Source of the DNA: Blastocystis sp. Blastoise
Lineage: Eukaryota > Protista > Bigyra: Opalinata
Length of the DNA stretch: 64,000 nt
Assembly (NCBI GenBank): GCA_039096225.1
Contig: JBBPEB010000009.1
Coordinates: forward strand, 1,054,001 to 1,118,000
Reading direction: 5' to 3'
Made by a program: the position numbers and the translations under genes. The notes under the pieces were generated by a model. That model ran no database searches and was not told where the DNA came from. It saw nothing but the letters and a program-made list of their open reading frames with translations. Below, in pieces: positions 57,307-64,000 of this stretch; the stretch's first letter is position 1, and each line of letters starts with the position of its first letter.

Positions 57307-60300
57307 TAGAGACTTCAAATTTCATTCCCGCGGGGAATTTTGAGTTATGTTTGCTCAGTTATGGCTTTTTTCTGGAAAATGGTTAAACATAACTGATTAT
57401 TTTTTATACTAAAGAACGATTATATTCAGTTTTCCTCGGTAATATAAAATGGATCAATATGATATGGCTATAATAAACGAAGTAAAAGTAATTTCAGGCA
57501 AATATTGTTGCTCATTAAGAAAGATGATTGTTCTTCTTTCAACATTTTTAGAAAATACAGTATATATTTAAATTTATAGATGATTTCATGTTGTTATTAT
57601 ATAAAACATTAATTGTTATAGAATGAAACAAGTATTGTTTTTCCAAAAAATCAGAATTATGGTGCTTATTTATATGGTCATAACAAATTGGCTAATATCA
57701 CGAGCTTGGCATATTTATTTGTGGTTCCAACAAACTTTGACATGTGGTTAACAAAGATTGGAAGATTATATGGAATTTGCTTATTATGTGGAAACAAAAT
57801 TAAATGTGACTGTAATGGCTGCCTTCAATCTGCTTCTATTGAAAAGCATTTAAGAGCAATGCATGGAATGAAGCTTGGTATTTTCAAACAGTATGGCACA
57901 ATTCAGGAATACTTTGATGGCTTTCACAGCGATAAGTTACCCAATGAAAATAGAAACTCTATACTAATGTACTGCAATAAGAAAAAACAGTTAGAAGAAG
58001 ATGATGATGATGAAAATGAAATAGTTTGCTTGCAAACAACTACTGCTCCTCCAAAACGTCCTTTACAACTATATCCAAGTCATCCCTCTATGCAGTCAAA
58101 TAAAACTATATCTAGTACAAATGGGAAAAGAAGATGTACTATTACACTGTCTCCTCAATATTCTATTAGTGATGCTGAATGTGTATTATTTATGTGTAAG
58201 AACCGAATCTCATTTCAAATTATGAAAATACCTGATAGTACACAATACTTGAATTTTATTAGCTATTATAGAGCTACTATTGTCATTAATAGTCTTACTA
58301 TTGACTTACAAGAGTATATTAAAGAACAGCTGAAGAATGTAATCTATTATTCATTATCCTCTGACATATGGTCACGTCATAATAAGAAGATTATATCATG
58401 GAATTATTACTATTTTGATAAAGATGGATATCATAGTGGCCTGTATTCCTTATTACCCGTTAAATCGTCTACTGCACAAGATATACTAGAATCATTAAAT
58501 AAAATTATTCCTAATAATAATTTAGTCTCCGTTACTACTGATAAAGCCCAAGGTTATAATGCTGCGTTCTCGTCGAATAACCATTTTGGTTTAATTAAAA
58601 TAGATTGCTTCTCTCACTTCTTGAATACTGTCTATACACACGCAATTGGGAAACCAAATACTAAAGAATTATTCGCTAAAATTAGATCCTTGATTCAAGA
58701 GATAAGATTAAACAAAAATTATGATGGTTTTTGCACATGTGTTCAAGCTATTACTGGTACTAAACCACGAAAACCATGTCTTGATTGTCCTACAAGATTC
58801 TACAGTATTTTGGCACCTTTACAATGGATTTATCAGTATGGAGCTTATGCTATTAGTTATCTAAATAACATTAAAAACAAATGCATATATGATAATTCGT
58901 TAATATGTGAATTCTGCTCATTTATTCCTTATTTATGTGCATTAAATAAAAGCCATTTAATGCTTAGTTGTTATTCAAAGCCTACAGTTCATTTAATTCT
59001 TCCATTCATTAATGAATTGTCTAATATGTTTAATAAAAGTCCAGCTGATGTTATTGGATATGAGTCTTCATTTATTTGTATTAATGAATTTGTTCAAAGT
59101 GTTAGATATGATTTTGGAAGAATTGGAACTGGCAATTTCTATTATAATAATAATCAACTTGATTTTTTATCATGTTCTAGTTCTCTATATCTATTTCTAT
59201 CAAACATTATGAAACGTAGTTATGATAATAATCAAAAGGAATCATCTATTTGTCCTGAGATAGAGAAATGGAGGAAGGTATTGAATGATACTTTATGTTA
59301 CGAAAAGAGTATTAATGTAGAAATCGTAATAAAAAAGATTGAGACACTTCGTAATGCATGTGTTGATAAAAATATTGTGCCAATATCAGAAATTCTATTA
59401 TGTGAATTTGATAAACGTGATGAAAAATATCTTCAACTTGTTGATAGAGGTGTTAAATTCTTCTTCTTATCAGATGCTACAAATCATAATGATTATATTA
59501 ATCAATATCGTTCGAGAAGAGAAAAGTCTGTGTCGATATTAAATACAGACAAGGTAAGTCCACTTGAATCTATTAATAACAATATTACAAGCAATGATGA
59601 TATAGTTGATAACAATGATTATTGTGATGATTATGATGATCTACGATTTGAAACCTCTCTTTTTAATGCAAGAGAAAAATACTTTAACTGTTCTGTTGGT
59701 TCGAATAGTAATAATAATAGTATTCTTGATGAAGAAGAACTTAGTAGTAGTGATGAAGAATTTTATGAGTTTTATAAGAGAACAAGTGATTCTTATGATA
59801 ATGAAGACGATAATCAAATATTTACTATACCAGAATGCGAACTATTTACATCAGAAAAAAAGTTTAATATTGATTCTGATATAAAGTACTACTTCTCATT
59901 TGATTTATATTTTAATGAGTTCTTTTATGATGAGAATGTTATACGTATATTATCAAGATTTTTATCACCTCCAGCAACTGAAATAGGAGATGAGCGTGTC
60001 TTCAGTTACAGTGGATTATTAGATAACGGTAGAAATACGAATATGAAATCTGAGAAATTTTGTGGTATAACATATATTTCTCGAAACGAAGAAATGGTAC
60101 TTAGTATGTTAAAATCTAAATAACTTTTGTTTCTTTTTCCTTTGTTAATTAATATGTAATTGTCTTTTTCTTATTGACTATTATGTTTAGATAATGATAA
60201 CTTGATTAAATATATTTTTTGGAACAAATTGTAATTTTACATTGTTGTGATCTTATAATGGAATATGAGCAAAATTATTTATTGTTTCACTATATGATCG

Positions 60301-60446
60301 AAAAATATCAAACAAACATATTGGAAGTGTTTTTATTGTAAAATACTCAATTAAACAGCCCAGTTATGTAAGAAAACATATAGTTATGGGTTTTTTCAAA
60401 ATACTGTGTTCCAGTTATGGTTCCCCAGGGAAATTTGAAGTCTCTA
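57307..60446 (+). mobile_element. Complete hAT-superfamily DNA transposon, 3140 bp
   Basis: Perfect 17-bp TIRs TAGAGACTTCAAATTTC (57307-57323) / GAAATTTGAAGTCTCTA (60430-60446). 8-bp TSD AAAATAAT (57299-57306 and 60447-60454). Subterminal AGTTATG repeats. Confidence 0.95.
57449..60123 (+). CDS. hAT transposase, about 870 aa (exon 57449-57559, intron 57560-57621, exon 57622-60123)
   Basis: BED-type Zn finger (CLLC...HLRAMH), catalytic D (SSDIW), D (TTDKA), CxxH (CFSH), TRF, and E (DERVFS) in the C-terminal hAT domain. No in-frame stops. Confidence 0.88.
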
Positions 60447-60937
60447 AAAATAATCAAGGAAATTTTTCTTTTTCTACCCATTTTGTATTTCTTTTTCGTT
60501 ATTCTTCTTTTATCATTTTTAAAAATATATCTATATTATTCTTAATCATTCAAGTCAATTTATTATGATTATAAATGTTTTTCATATTGATAAGAATACA
60601 GATAAAAGAGAAACATAAAATTATAAAAAGTATTTAAACAAAACTTTTTTCTTTTTTGAATTATCGAAGAATTAATTCATGATCAAATATAACGAAAGTT
60701 CTCAATGTTTAATTGGCGTCCTTTTTGTAGAAATGGCAAAAATGATTTGATGAAAAAAATGATTATACCTCTTTTATATGAACTATCTATGGATCATATT
60801 GACATTGTATATCTACTGATTTCATCTTTTTATCTTTTATCATATAACTTAAGTAAAATAGCGTTAAAAAAAAAATCGAAAACAGCTTTTTTTAATACAC
60901 AAGTTTCTCTGAATCTTTCAAATATTCAAACAAGAGA

Positions 60938-63485
<2,548 letters not shown>

Positions 63486-64000
63486 TAATTATTACTATTA
63501 TATATATATATATTGAATTCTTTATAATTCTAATAATTGTTTTTTTGTCTTTTTAAGAATTTTTTAGTTATATCCTTTTTTTCATTCGAATTTATCTTAA
63601 TATTATTATTAATATTGTTATTTAATGTCAATTCAACTATATGTTATTCTTCATACTCTTGTCTACTCATATATATCCATTTTTTTAATTTTATTTCTTT
63701 ATTCATCTTATTCTTATTTTATTTTGTATATTATGATAGTATGTTATGTAATGAAAATAGAGTTGATTATATTATACTATTCTTTCATAATTATTAATTC
63801 TAGTATAACTCCATATTATTTATCATTCTTTCTATTAAAATACATGTAAATAATTAAATTTATATGAATATTCAAATATGTATATTTTTGAAAAAAACGC
63901 TGATTTCAAAAAAAAAATGAAAACATTAAAAAATACTATTTATAGGGAATTTTGAGAAACATGTAGCAATATATTTCCATGATAATATTAATTGTGTTGG

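Noticed and set aside
57688-57690. TTG start for the transposase
   Set aside because: The frame stays open upstream to an AG acceptor at 57621, and an ATG exon at 57449-57559 splices in frame.

Overview
Very AT-rich (roughly 20% GC), gene-dense, intron-rich eukaryotic nuclear DNA using the standard code. It most resembles a protist of the Blastocystis/stramenopile type (inference, not proven). I spliced gene models by hand. The window holds about 19 intact host protein genes: BTB-TLDc, BTB-LRR-like, a CHD remodeller, DUF4604, UBL, a hypothetical protein, CCCH-FAM206A, GNAT, CCR4/Angel-type EEP, MRH-EGF receptor, TMEM222, Obg GTPase, Rae1, GT31-like, NIT2, sedoheptulokinase, maltose O-acetyltransferase, a Trp/Asn-rich SPOC protein and GT49. 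It also holds one pseudogene, tRNA-Lys(CTT) and a complete hAT transposon with 17-bp TIRs and an 8-bp TSD. Most poly-I/Y/L/N ORFs in the track are intron microsatellite artefacts. Most notable observations: (1) gene-body introns start GTATAT and end ATATAG, with self-complementary (TA)n ends and no polypyrimidine tract, while first introns and intergenic DNA look conventional; (2) a strongly over-represented, reading-frame-independent TTCCCGCG/CCGCGG motif in deep gene-body exons; (3) an AT-AC minor-type intron in sedoheptulokinase; (4) unusual nuclear proteins (QLQ-PDZ-CHD-PZP, and EGEI + about 47 Trp motifs + SPOC).
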